DNA from: Octopus vulgaris
Taxonomy: Eukaryota
DNA length: 64,000 nt
Assembly: GCA_951406725.2 (NCBI GenBank)
Contig: OX597828.1
Coordinates: 27,156,001 to 27,220,000 of the forward strand
Direction: 5' to 3'
Part shown: positions 1 through 13,085 of the stretch, one piece after another
How positions within the stretch are numbered: the first letter of the stretch is position 1
Layout of the letters: each line of letters starts with the position of its first letter
Translations under genes and position numbers: made by a program
Notes under the pieces: generated by a model
The model's input: the letters and a program-made list of their open reading frames with translations, nothing else
What the model was told of the DNA's origin: nothing
Databases searched by the model: none

Positions 1-1
1 A

Positions 2-44
<43 letters not shown>

Positions 45-109
45 ATTTATATAAATAAAGTATGAAAACAAAATTTCATAAATGAGTTTACTCCTTGCAC
101 TTGTGTATG

Positions 110-181
<72 letters not shown>

Positions 182-483
182 TATTTATATATATATGGCT
201 TGCATACATATTTTGTTTCCTCAAAATAACACAGATATCCAATTCATAATTATTCACAAATTCACTCTCGTTATGTCTGTTATTTTATTGCTGCTGTTTT
301 CACTATTGTCTTTGAGAATTTATTTCATTTTGCTCTCCTTTTTGTTGGTACTGTTTTGCTTTTATTGTCGTCTCTTCTTTTTGTTTATTTTATTGTTTCA
401 TTTTGTTTTCTCTCTCATTGTGATTTGAAATTCCCTGTAAGGTAAATATCGCTGGTAAAGTTATATGATTAATCATTTTTATG

Positions 484-881
<398 letters not shown>

Positions 882-1137
882 TGTATGTCTTCTTTTATTT
901 GAATCAATTCAACATACACCTATCTCTGTCTTTATGCAAGCCTTTCACTGTACACACACACTCTCCAATATACACTCACACACACTGTTACAAACATATG
1001 TAAATATTTAAATATCTACACACAAACACATATAGTGCAGACATCTATCTATCTATCTATCTATCGACATGTATGTAAAAATCTATCTGATCTCTCTCTC
1101 TCATATGTGTATGTATATATATATATGTATATATATA

Positions 1138-1327
1138 GGGAAAGTTTACGAAAAAAAACAAAAGACGAAGACAGGTGGTGTACAAAACAAACAGATGTAT
1201 TAGTATAACGCTCAGGAATAGAAAAAGTCTTTTACGTTTCGAGCCTATGCTCTTCTACAGAAAGGTACACAGAAAAAACAAGGAGAGAAAAAAATGTGTG
1301 TAATGGCTAACGATCTATCATGGCGAC
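1138..1327 (-). mobile_element. Family H2 short element with hammerhead-like motif (putative Penelope-like pLTR remnant), copy 1
   Basis: Homologous to 24808-24992, 28939-29109 and 32927-33086; flanked by (TA)n; minus strand reads CTTT CTGTAGA A GAGC ATAG GCTC GAAAC GTA AAAG. Confidence 0.7.
1229..1264 (-). ncRNA. Minimal type I hammerhead-like motif, variant core CUGUAGA
   Basis: Stem I CUUU/AAAG, stem II GAGC/GCUC, GAAAC-GUA; U instead of A at core position 6. Confidence 0.55.
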
Positions 1328-1349
1328 TATATATATACATGGACACACA

Positions 1350-1720
1350 CAAGGTGTGATGGGTAAATCGTTGTCATTTTATATTTTCAATTTCATGCAT
1401 GCACATTATTTGATGTTGTTGACTACTCAGTATAGTAGGGTCAGTCGGGTATTGTCTGTAAGAAAAACAGCACCATGACACAATTCCTAGGAGGTAGTGC
1501 TCCCTTAGGTCAAGAGGGTGGCTGCTGTAAAACCCTTTGTTTGGCAACAGGAATCTGCACCATGCCACACGAGCAAGATAACCCAGTCATGGCTGTCAGA
1601 CAATTTCTGCAATTACATCACCCCTAAACATTGGCACCTAGCTTCTCAAACTCTAACCCCACTTGATTATTAGTATGGGGCACAGTTGTGCTAGAGACCA
1701 ACAAAATTGCTTGTGACAAG
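1350..1720 (+). mobile_element. Internally deleted Tc1/mariner (DD37D/maT-type) relic
   Basis: Left end matches that of 48121-48962; translates WQQESAPCHTSKITQSWLSDNFCNYITPKHW, then a frameshifted NPLDY-like motif. Confidence 0.8.
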
Positions 1721-2059
1721 GAAGTTGTGTTGTCAGTCATACAACTTATGGGTTCAGTTACTGAAATGAGCAGCATATTGTGCTGTTGGTCATTGCACTG
1801 CAGTTCATGTCACCTCAGCGTACTTGGCTTTTGAAGACTTTTGGAATGTAAATGTTCCTTACTTGAAAAACAGGTGTAGGGTGGCCACAATAAGAGCCTC
1901 TAACTCTTAAACCCTGCCTGAAAATCAGTTCTCACCCAAGCCTTGCTGGCATTGTAAAAAAAGGATGTTAAGCAAACAAACAAAAGAACCCAATATTCAA
2001 TCTACTGATGAGATCCACTTCTGTTGATGAATTTCATTTACAAACAATAAGAAAATAAA

Positions 2060-2240
2060 AATTCGCCGAGCGAAATGCTTAGCGGTATTTCGTCTGTCGC
2101 TACGTTCTGAGTTCAAATTCCACTTAGGTTGACTTTGCCTTTCGGGGTCAATAAATTGAGTACCAGTTATTTACTGGGGTCGATCTAATTGGCCCCCCTC
2201 CCTCAAAATTTCAGGCCTTGTGCCTAGAGTAGAAAAGAAT
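2060..2240 (+). mobile_element. SINE family A (tRNA-like head, Meta/MESC-like core, tail 1)
   Basis: GAGTTCAAATTCC B-box, then GACTTTGCCTTT..GGGGTCAATAAATTGAGTACCAG core and TTTCAGGCCTTGTGCCTAGAGTAGAAAAG tail. Confidence 0.85.
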
Positions 2241-2254
2241 ATTAAAATAATTCT

Positions 2255-2445
2255 TTCAAATGTTGGTGCAAGGTCTGAGATTTTGAGGTGAGGCATTATC
2301 CGATTCCATTGACATCGGTGCTTGGCTAGTGCTTTATTCTATCGACTTCAGAAGGATGAAAGGCTAAGCTGCACTTTGTGTGATTTGATCTCATAATGTA
2401 AAGAGCCAGAAGGAATACAACTAAGCATTTTGTCCAGCATGCTAA
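2255..2445 (-). mobile_element. SINE family A, diverged, tail-to-tail with previous copy
   Basis: Reverse-complement core GAAGGATGAAAGGC and head GCATTTTGTCCAGCATGCTAA. Confidence 0.7.
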
Positions 2446-4301
2446 TCATGGACTATAATTAATTAATGAAAGAAAATAAGTTTATAACAATCAATAAATT
2501 TACATCAAGCTCATCTCCCTTGCAAAAAAACTGAGCAACTTATATGAAATGTGCTCAGTGTTTCAGTTTGTTCTAAAATGTATTCAATTTTTGAAATTTC
2601 TATTTTCTCTTTGCTGGAATCTTTTAAAATATCCAACTATAATTAACAAATTTTTTTTTTCATTTTTCTTGCTCAGAGTGAAACTATTAAATTCTGAGAC
2701 AACTGAAGGCTATAACTTTTACAGGCATTGATACAAATTTTTTATATTAATACTTCTCCCAAAGATATTAGTTAGATTACAGAAATAAAATAGTTCTTAT
2801 CAGGTATTGAAACTAAGACCTTTACTAGATATTTGCCTCTTACTGTGCATAACTTTTTCTCAATCACTTTGAACAACTTTCTTTGGAGGAAGTTCTTGAA
2901 ACTTTTTGTATTTTCAGTAATTATTGGACAACCTCAAAGCAATAGAAATTAACAAGACTGAGAAATATTAAGCTTTTGCAATGATAATTTCCAATCCAGA
3001 AGTAGTTAGTTACCATCGTTTAAATGCACATTGTTGATATCAGCATTTTGTAGTCCCGATAAGCTATAATTGTCTTCTTTATTCAAAGTTTAGTCTCTTC
3101 AAGTTGGCCAACTTTCTCAAAACCGTTTCCCTATACATATATAAACTCAACACATTTGTTGACATTGCTTGTATTGCACATACGTGCATTTTCCCTGATG
3201 CACTCAGCAGTTTACACATTATTGGTCAATTTTGAATAAAGAAAACTTGAAATTATGTTTGGCATCGTCCACCACCAGTTTTGGACTTTTGAATGAAGCG
3301 AATTCATGTAATCTTTTATCGCTTTATTGAACCCTTATTATTGATCTGTTAATGGTGGGGTCACTGCAAATTGGCAGTGGAATCTTAAGTTTTGATGATT
3401 TATTCAACAGTCTTTTTCTATACCCAATCAATCTGTTACAAGCAATAATAACTATCTGAACAAACAAATTGAACAAAAAAAAAAAAAAAAAGAAAGAAAG
3501 TGTAAAAGAAGAAAATTAAGCTATCAGAGTTTGGTAATTATCATATAGAACTCTGTTAAGAGGGCAGTTTGTAAGATGATGGCTGGCTTTACCAATGGCT
3601 GTGTAGAAATGACCAAATGGTAATCTTCAAGAATCAGATCTTCTTTATTGCAGTTAATGACTTTGCCTGAGGGTGTTTCTCCTTCTCTTCAATTCATTCT
3701 TCTCATTTTCTTTTGCCATAACTTTGTCCCCAGGCTGGATAATCTTGATTTTTTTACTTATATCATATTTTTTTGTCTTCTTTCTCTGTCTATATATCTC
3801 TCTCTCACCCTCGTGACCTATTGTCTTCCTTATAGAACATGGTTTTCAGCAATCATTTTTACGTAGCCATATGCAAGCCTGGCGGCATTTCACAGACTTC
3901 TTCCAGCCACCTTTACATTATTGTTCCTCTCTTTTATGGTAGCTAACAGCACCACTAACAAAAGGTACCTTTTTCTTTTCTCACGCTATATATTTAGATC
4001 AAACAATCACCAAGAAATACAACTGCTGCTATCTTTGTCTCTTTTCAAACTGCAGTCATTACCGCCATTTTTCCTATTTGCCAAGCCATACTCACAGACT
4101 TCCTCTCCCCATCTTACAAGTTCACACAGAAACCTACTCCAATTTTTATTAACATGAACTGAACAAGAATTCTTTCTCTAGAAACATCAATGGAAGATAT
4201 ATAAAGATTTTCAAAAGTATTCCCCCTCCTCCGTTTTAAAAGTGCTTTTCGAAGTATATTTGTATTTCTAAGTGTATGTATATTTATATATGTATATATG
4301 A

Positions 4302-4335
<34 letters not shown>

Positions 4336-4594
4336 GCACTTATGTGTGTATGTCTACGTGCAAATGACAGCTTCTTTGATAATTTCCTTCAAATGGTGAA
4401 AATGTATTTAGAAGTAGTAATTAATAAATTGTATTTCATCAACTTCTCTCTGCTTTGTTTTATTAATATATAAATTATACATGTATATATGCATGCATGC
4501 ATGTATGTGTGTATATATGTGTGTATTGTTGTGCATGTATATATGCATGTATGTCTATGTATGTATACATATGTGTATATATATTCTTACACTT

Positions 4595-5101
4595 GTACTT
4601 TTTCAGTCATCTTACTGCAGCCTTTAGTCAAACAAATTGATCCCAGAACTTATTCTTTGTAAGCTTAGTACTTATTCCATCAGTCTATTTTGGTGAACTG
4701 CTACGTTACAAAGACTTCAACACATCAACATCAGTTGTCAAAACAATGGTGGGGAAACAAACACACATACATACATACACACATACATGCATGCATACAT
4801 ACATACATACATACATACATACACACATACATGCATGCATACATACATACATACATACATACATACACACATACATGCATGCATACATGCATACATACAT
4901 ACCAACATACATACATACATGCATGCATGCATGCATGAGTGATAGGCTTCTTTCAGTTTCCGTCTACCAAATTCACTCACAAGGCTTTGGTTGGCCTGAG
5001 GCTATAGTAGAAAGGACTTGGCAAAGGTGCCACGCAGGGAGACTGAACCCAGAACCATGGGGTTGGGAAGCAAGTTTCCTACCACATGGCCACTCCTGCA
5101 C

Positions 5102-5103
<2 letters not shown>
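4595..5103 (-). mobile_element. SINE family B (tRNA-like head, CORE-like segment, internal microsatellite)
   Basis: Matches the full copies at 49163-49564 and 60822-61246; internal (TACA)n expansion. Confidence 0.85.
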
Positions 5104-5132
<29 letters not shown>

Positions 5133-5424
5133 CTTTCATTATCATTTTTATGAGCAGTCTTCTATGCTGGCTTGGGTTAAACAAAAAGATGCTTCAGCAA
5201 ATTTTCTAAATCTATATTGTCTTCCTCTTACCAACTCAAGGGCAAGAAAGAATTTGTCGATGCAGTTTCTCCTTCAACCTGATGCTTTCCCTGTCACCAA
5301 CACTTACCTGCTTTCTAGCAAGATAATATTTCCCCACGACCAGATATGTTTTTCATCATAGCAAACAGCATTACCTGCATGGCAATGGCACTCATTAACA
5401 ATCATCACATGAAGTACAGACGCG

Positions 5425-5470
<46 letters not shown>

Positions 5471-6749
5471 TACAAACAACAAGAAATTCACTCACTAGAT
5501 ACTAATCCATCTGGAGCTATAGCAGAAGATTATCCAAAGGTGTTACACAGTGGGACTGAACCTGAGACCACCTGGCTTGAAAGTGGAATTTTGAAACAAC
5601 ACAGACTAATGTATATGCTTACTTGTGCAAACATCCTCATGTGTATTTGTGTACACGTGTGTGTGTGTGTGTGTGTACACGTGCATAAATACATAGAAAG
5701 AACGAGAGAGGAGATGTATTGATGTTTCTCTTTATGCATGGTAATATGTGCATGCATAGACATGCACTCACTCAAACTTACTAACACACGCACATACAAA
5801 CACACACATTCCGAACTTATGTAAGGAAACTACTCGGGTCCTCAATGATGTGGCTTTAGTCTATGTGTTTTGAGATGCATGTAATAACTTCCTGAACTTA
5901 CTTTTATAAATGGCTTAATGCCAAATAAGATCTTTCAGAGTTTATTTTTTTTTTTACTATTTTTTTTTTCCTTTTTTTTTCTTTACTTTTATTTTTTTTA
6001 CAAGCTTCCAACACTGATTTTAATGTAGCAGACAAATAAAACAGGTCACATGATAAATCATTTCACTGCCAGACATCTTCAGGATAAATAATTTTTACTT
6101 TTCATTGTGATGTTAATGTGAACTTAGCTCTCTTACTAAATTGGTTCAAATCTAGTTTTGATTGCAATGTGTTTACAGTAATTCGTTTTCGTGACTCAGT
6201 TATTTCAATTTACTTTGGTTTTCCTTCACAGATGTCCATGAGAAAGTCATGAATGTCACATAATCCCAGGATTTTTGGGATGTTTTTTTTTTTTTTTTTC
6301 AGTGTTTTCCTCCATCATAAATCCAAGGTTTTTGGTTTTTTTTTTTGTTGTTGCTGTTTCTATGTATTATAACAAAATCAATATGGTTATGTAATTTTTC
6401 GGAAAATGTTCAGATGTGATGGCAGTGATAATACATGTTACTTAATATGGAAGCCAATTTTATAAAGCTCACATTATGAAGAGCATTCACCTTTAAAATG
6501 AAAAGCAAAAGAAAAAAAAAGCAAAAAAAAAAGAAGGAAATAATGTAAATGGAGTTGTGTAATAACACATGCTACCTCACATTTCACATCATAAAATATC
6601 CACGTTTTCAGACCGTTCCATATCGTGTTTGTATTTAAGCAAATGTATGTAAATGTCATCAAATTTGGTAGCAAAGTAAAGATTCTCTATGAAGGCTGTA
6701 AACAAATTTGGAGCAGATATTGGTTAATAAACATTGCAACATTTTTAAT

Positions 6750-7387
6750 ATAATGGCTGTGTGGTTAGGTTCAATCCTATGATTGGCACCTTGAGCAAGT
6801 TTTTTTCTACAATAAGTCTTTTACCAACCAAAGCCTTGAGACTGGATTTGGTTGATGGAAACTGAAAGAAGCAAAGTGTGTGTAAAGGCAGTTTGTGTTT
6901 CCTTGTTTTGATATCGTCTGATAAGTTATAAAGGAACAGACCCAACTTAATAAGTGGTATTCCTCATCAAAGGCGACGAGGTGGCAGAAACTTTAGCACA
7001 CCGGGTGAAATGTGTAGCCATATTTCGTCTGCTGTTACGTTCTGAGTTCAAATTCCGCCGAGGTCCACTTTGCCTTTCATCCTTTCGGGGTCGATTAAAT
7101 AAGTACCAGTTGCGCACTGGGGTCGATATAATCGACTTAATCTGTTTGTCTATCCCTGTTTGTCCCCCTCTGTGTTTAGCTCCTTGTGGGTAGTAAAGAA
7201 ATAGGTATTCCTCATCACCAATTCTGTGTGAAAACATGTCTTGTCATAGGGAAATATTATCTCTGCTTGCAAACAGTTGATGACGGCAGCAAAATGGACA
7301 TTTGGCTGTAGAAAAATCTGCTTCGGGGGACTTCTGTTTGACCCACGAGAAAGGAGAGATCAAAAGTAATGATGATGATGATGATGA
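6750..7387 (+). mobile_element. SINE family E (B-type head plus RTE-like (GAT)n tail), interrupted by a family A SINE
   Basis: Head TGGCTGTGTGGTT..GGCACCTTGAGCAAG; tail GGAAATATTA..GGCTGTAGAAAAATCTG..GACCCA..(GAT)n. Other tail copies near 1850-1975(+), 5260-5420(-), 10277-10530(-), 40150-40265(+), 49640-49785(+), 55625-55850(-). Confidence 0.7.
6970..7203 (+). mobile_element. Full-length SINE family A, tail 2, with 14-bp flanking direct repeat
   Basis: GGTATTCCTCATCA at 6956-6969 and 7204-7217; intact head, B-box and core CCTTTCATCCTTTCGGGGTCGATTAAATAAGTACCAG. Confidence 0.92.
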
Positions 7388-7647
7388 CTTCATAGTTACC
7401 CAATGAAAGAACATCTGGAAAGTGATTGTCAACAGCATGCTTGTGTGAGAATAACAAGTGTATAAACGTGTGTGTGTGTGTGTGTATATATGTATATATA
7501 TATATATATACATACACACACACACACATGTGTTTTTTTTATCTTATACGAGTGTCATTAGACTGTGGCCATGCTGGGACATTGCTTTGAAGAATTTTTA
7601 GTCGAATGAATCTACTCCAGTAACGTTATTGTTTTTTTTTGGTTTAA

Positions 7648-7866
7648 CCCTTTAGTATTTAAACCGGCCATATCCGGCCAAAATAGTTAATCTGTTTTAT
7701 GTTCAAACTGACCAGATCCAGGCCCTCACACCTACCCTACAATGTTATTCTACATTAAGTAATTACACCATCAAGATCTTGAAGATATGAGATAATACAT
7801 GATTAATTCAAATCAATATGAATCAATAAGCATTATGTTTGATAGAATAATCTGAACACTAAAGGG
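7648..7866. mobile_element. piggyBac-like MITE family M2, nested in a family B SINE
   Basis: TTAA-CCCTTTAGT...ACTAAAGGG-TTAA; host SINE B (about 7545-8075, minus) resumes on both sides. Confidence 0.85.
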
Positions 7867-8923
7867 TTAAAACCTGATATTATTCCATCAGTCTCTTTTG
7901 CCGGACTGTCAAGTTACAAAGATGGAAACACACCAACTCCGGTTGGCAAGTGGTGGTAGAGGACAAACACAGACACAAATGCATGCACACATACACACAC
8001 GTGTATGTACAACAGGCTTCTTTCAGTTTCTGTATATGAAATTCACTCACAAGGCTCTGGTTGACCCAAGGCTATGTATGTATATATATAATATTTATCA
8101 TTTAACGTCTGTTTTCCATGAGTTGGATGGTTCGACTGCGGTCTGGGAAGCCAGAAAGCTGCACCAAGCCCCCCCCCCCCACTATATATATATATAAATA
8201 TATACACATACACATATACACATATATGTATATGCACACAAACAGATATATATGTGTGTATATATATATAAACATATGTATATACATGTATATGTATGTA
8301 TATATGTGTGTCTGTAAACACATACGTAAATATACACACAGCTTATATCTCTCTCTTTTTGACATTCTAGAGGCAGACAGATATATATGTATATGTGTGT
8401 GTGAGAGAGAGAGTGGAAAGAAATGGTTGTTGTTGCTATTGTTGTTGTGGTGTTTGTGATGAGAAATTAGCAATTCAAATGACAGAGATGGCCAGTTGTT
8501 GTTTGTTTGTTAAGAGGAAATCTGCTGATGACATATTAATGTCACCCCTTTGCTAGAAGTGGCTAATTAATTAACAGCAATTCCCTTAGGTGCCACCACA
8601 ACAAGGAGAGCCATTCTTTTCTGTTTTTATTTGTTTGTTTGTTTGTTGTTGTTTTTCTGGCTTACTCTGTCATGCCTGCATCAGTGTATATGACTTGGGT
8701 TTTTGTGTGTGCGTGATGGGGTGACTGGGTTTTCTGTATGCTATCATTTGCTGTCTGGGTTGTGCTCCGCGTTTTTATATATACACACACATGTGTGTGT
8801 GTGTGTGTATGCACATGTTTATGTATATTTATATATGTTTACATACACGTGTGTGTGTGTGTATATATATGTATATTATATATATTATGTATATATATAT
8901 GTTAATGTATATATATATATATG

Positions 8924-8977
<54 letters not shown>

Positions 8978-9099
8978 GTATATATGTGTATATATATATA
9001 TAAATGTATGTATATATATATGTATATATATGTGTATGTGTATATATATAAGTGTGTGTATATGTATATATATATATATATATTGTATCTATATCTGTG

Positions 9100-9130
<31 letters not shown>

Positions 9131-9176
9131 GTTTATATCATATCATTATACATATATATATGTATATATACATATA

Positions 9177-9207
<31 letters not shown>

Positions 9208-9774
9208 TATGCATATACATATATATATATGCATATATGTCTGTATATATATACATATACATGTATATGTATATATATATGTGTTTTGAGTGTTTGCATT
9301 TATGCATGTATATATATATGTGTGTGTGTGTATGTATACCTATTTATAGATATATGCATACATATATACATTATATATGCATATGAAATTATAAATATAT
9401 ATATATATATATATACGTACATACACACATTCATGTATATGGGTCAACAAAGAAAGTAGCACTCAATATATTTAGTTGGAGGAGCATGTATTTAATAAAA
9501 TGTGAAGCTGTGTCACACTGTGTGTCACTATATACAAATGCATGCATGCAAACTCATGCACACACATTTACGTGGGGCAATTGTTTTTAATAGATGCAAG
9601 TTTGTTTTAGAAAGGTGACATGAATTTATTCATTGCTTATACACACGCATCTGTCTAAAGAAGTAAAATTAAAAATAAAAATGCATCTGCATAAGTGTGT
9701 GTGTGTGTGTGTTGACATGTATATTTGTGCGTGTATAGTTATATACCCATCTCTATCCCTCTCTTACATCTTAA

Positions 9775-9995
9775 CCCTTTCGTTACTGAATTTATTTTAA
9801 GATGCTCAGTGTTTCTTCCAATTACTTTAAATATAATAAAAAATTAAGTAAAATAACATCGTTATCATTAAGCTAGCGTTAGGAACATAAATTGTGACTA
9901 AGGTTTGGTGGAAGATTTTAATTCAGAACTTTTGAAAACCAGACATTTGTACTAAAGAGCCAGAGCCGGTTTCAGCCGGGTTGGTAACGAAAGGG
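9775..9995. mobile_element. piggyBac-like MITE family M1
   Basis: Perfect 12-bp TIR CCCTTTCGTTAC/GTAACGAAAGGG, TTAA on both sides; empty paralogous site at 10687-10690. Confidence 0.93.
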
Positions 9996-10658
9996 TTAAT
10001 GAGTACAAAGCCATCTTCCCCTGTTCCAATCCCTATCCCAGGTGAGGAGTTGTTGTCTTGGAAGTTTCTTAGCAACCCCTTCGGTGTTGGTGCTACATAA
10101 AAAGCACCCTGTACACTCTGTGTGAGAGAGAGAGAGAGAGAGAGAGAGGAAGGGTGAACTTGAAAAAGTGGTTGATGTGTATTTGTATATGAATATAAAC
10201 ACATACATACCACATATGCATACATTTGCATATATTGCATATCACGTACACACATACTGCATGTACATTTTGTGTGTCATCATCACCATTTTTATATCCA
10301 CTTTTCCATGCTTACATGGATCAGATGGAATTTGTCGAGACAGATTTTCTGCAGTCAGATGCTCATCCTGTTGCCAACCCTCACCTGCTTCCAAATAAGG
10401 GGATATTTCCCCATGACAAGACATGCTGCACATGTTTTCACTGCAGATTGGGAATGAAGGACAACTTTTGTATATGACAGTGACATTCGTTTACAACAGT
10501 CATACAGTGTATAGACAAGGAGACCTCAGATTACACACACACACACATGTACATATCTTATAAATATAGATATATATATTCTCTCTCTCTGTTCCTCTTC
10601 CCTCCTCTCTCTCTCCCCTTTTCATTCTAGACTAGCCAAAGATCTCCTCTATAGTAAA

Positions 10659-10812
10659 ATACCCATCTCTATCCCTCTCTTACACCTTAATGAGTACAAC
10701 GCCATCTTACCCTATTCCAATCCCTATCCCAAGTGAGGAGTTGTTGTCTTGGAAGTTTCTTAGCAACCCCTCTTGTGTTGGTGCTTCATAAAAAGCACCC
10801 TGTACACTCTGT
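10659..10812 (+). repeat. Local duplicate of 9743-10121 lacking the MITE
   Basis: ATACCCATCTCTATCCCTCTCTTACA-C-CTTAA-TGAGTACAA..AAAAGCACCCTGTACACTCTGT is present twice. Confidence 0.9.
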
Positions 10813-11726
10813 AAAGTGGTTGGTGTTATGAAGAGCATCTAGCCATAGAAACCATACCAAATCTGACAATTGGAGCCTGGTTCAACTCTCTGGCTTGCCA
10901 GTTACTGTCAGTTGTCCAACCCATGCCAGCATGGATGACAGACATTGAATGATGATGATATATACTTCACAGAACTCTTTTTGTTTACATCTACCAAATC
11001 TGCTCACAAGGTTTTTATTGGCTCAATGCTATTACAGAAGACACTTGTCCAAGGTGCCTTGCAGTGGGACTGAACTCAGAACCCTGTTGTCAGTAAACAG
11101 ATCTCTTGACCTCACAGCCATGCCTGCACTTATATTAAAAACATGATGCCAATTAGGAGCTGAACTCCAATGACAGAATTACTACATATCACTTGTATCT
11201 AAGTTAACAAAGATAATGTCGAATGGATAGACTTGTTACTGTAGAATTTAGCTTAGAGATATATAGGTAATCCTCAGTTTAATCAAAGACAGACAATTTT
11301 TCTAAGACCAATCCTAGAATTTGAAGAATTCAAAACAACTTTTAATTACTATTTAGTCATACTAAAATATCTGCGATCATCTAATTATTTTAAAGATATA
11401 ACTGCACTTAATCCAATGAATAGGAAAAGAGGTAAAAACAAAAGGAAGAAAGAAAAAAAAAATGAAATCATGTAATGACATTTAAGTAATTGTTAATTAG
11501 TCTTAAAAATATTAAAACATTAATGCTATTAATTAATGCTGCTATCCTGCGTAAAAAGACAATGCAAGAAGATAGAAATTAAAAAGCTTGCCATGTTGTT
11601 GTATGATAAAATTATTGCAGATATTACGTATTAATGTTAACTATGTGTTTATGGGTACTGAGTGTATATTTATGTACATGTGTGTGCAAGTGTGTTTATG
11701 CATTTGTATATGTGTGTGCATGTGTG

Positions 11727-11784
<58 letters not shown>

Positions 11785-11844
11785 CATATGTATGTGCATA
11801 TGTATATATGTATGTATATATGTGTATGTATATATATGTGTATG

Positions 11845-11875
<31 letters not shown>

Positions 11876-11902
11876 GTATATATATATATGTGTGTATGTA
11901 TG

Positions 11903-11933
<31 letters not shown>

Positions 11934-12327
11934 TCACACACACATACATGCACATATATATATGTATATATGCACAAGCAATGTACAGCTTGGTGATTGA
12001 TAAACTCTTCGAGGCTGACCTACTTGGTTAGTCCTAATTATAAAATTTTGTAGATATAATATTCTTCAGTGATGTCCCCCCACCACCTCCTACATTACTA
12101 ACACTCACAGTAGCACTTGGGGACACAGGGACACACACACACACACACACCCAAATAGATAAATAAACATTCTTATGATCATACTTATATGCTGAAAATT
12201 TTTGTGAATGTATGTAAATATAATTATGTATAATTCATTACTTTAGTGATACTCAATGTATTAATTGAGTTAATTAATTCTGGCTAAGAATATCTTTCTT
12301 TCATTATTACCATTTGGTGCTGCATTG

Positions 12328-12479
12328 CATATTGGTCTGTTCTTCAACAGTTCTAATATCATATCGGTCTGTTCTTGAAGAGTTCTAGTATCATATTAGT
12401 CTGTTCATGGACCTTTCTAATATCATATTGGCTGGTCTGTTCTTGGATAGTTCCAGTATTTGTCTGTGTCAGTTCCAGT
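12328..12479. repeat. About 32-bp minisatellite, 4-5 degenerate units
   Basis: CATATTGGTCTGTTCTT...TTCTAATAT repeated in tandem. Confidence 0.8.
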
Positions 12480-12672
12480 GGATTATCCATGACATGGAAA
12501 GTAGAGGCTTGCATGCATGACCAACAGCTAGTCTTTTGCAAACAAAAAATAAATAAATAAGCCTTCCCTGGTTTTACCAATAATAAAGCACAACTTTATA
12601 CATGTATCATCCGTCTTTATTCTCTTCTAATTAAAAATAAACGTCTGTTTCAAATGCTGATAGAAATCTACC

Positions 12673-13085
12673 AAAACCGTTTTGTTACTGTATTTCTGTC
12701 ACTATGAACTACTTTTGTTTCGATCTTGAAACTAATCAAGAATTTGGTAAAATACCTTTGTTGTTATTAAGCTGTGTTAATGTGATGAGCTGGCAGAACT
12801 GTTAGCACACCGGATTCTTCTTGGTTTATGTTCTGAGTTCAAATGCCACTGAGACTGAACTTACCTTTCATCCATTCGAGGCCAATGAAATAAGTAGCAA
12901 TAAGGGGTCAGTGTAGTTGACTAATCCTTTCCCACTTGAAATTTCAGGGCTTGTACCTACAGTTGAAAGGATTGCTAAATGAACATGGAATTTTAATGGA
13001 AAGTTTTAATTTTGATTATTTAAAAATGGAAGCTGTATCTTAGAGACAAGGGCAGATCCAGGTGAGTTCGTATCAAAAGGGTTAA
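12673..13085. mobile_element. Old M1-related MITE containing a family A SINE (about 12781-12975)
   Basis: TTTTGTTACTGTATTT start and ATCAAAAGGGTTAA end resemble M1; SINE A head and core lie in the middle. Confidence 0.65.
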
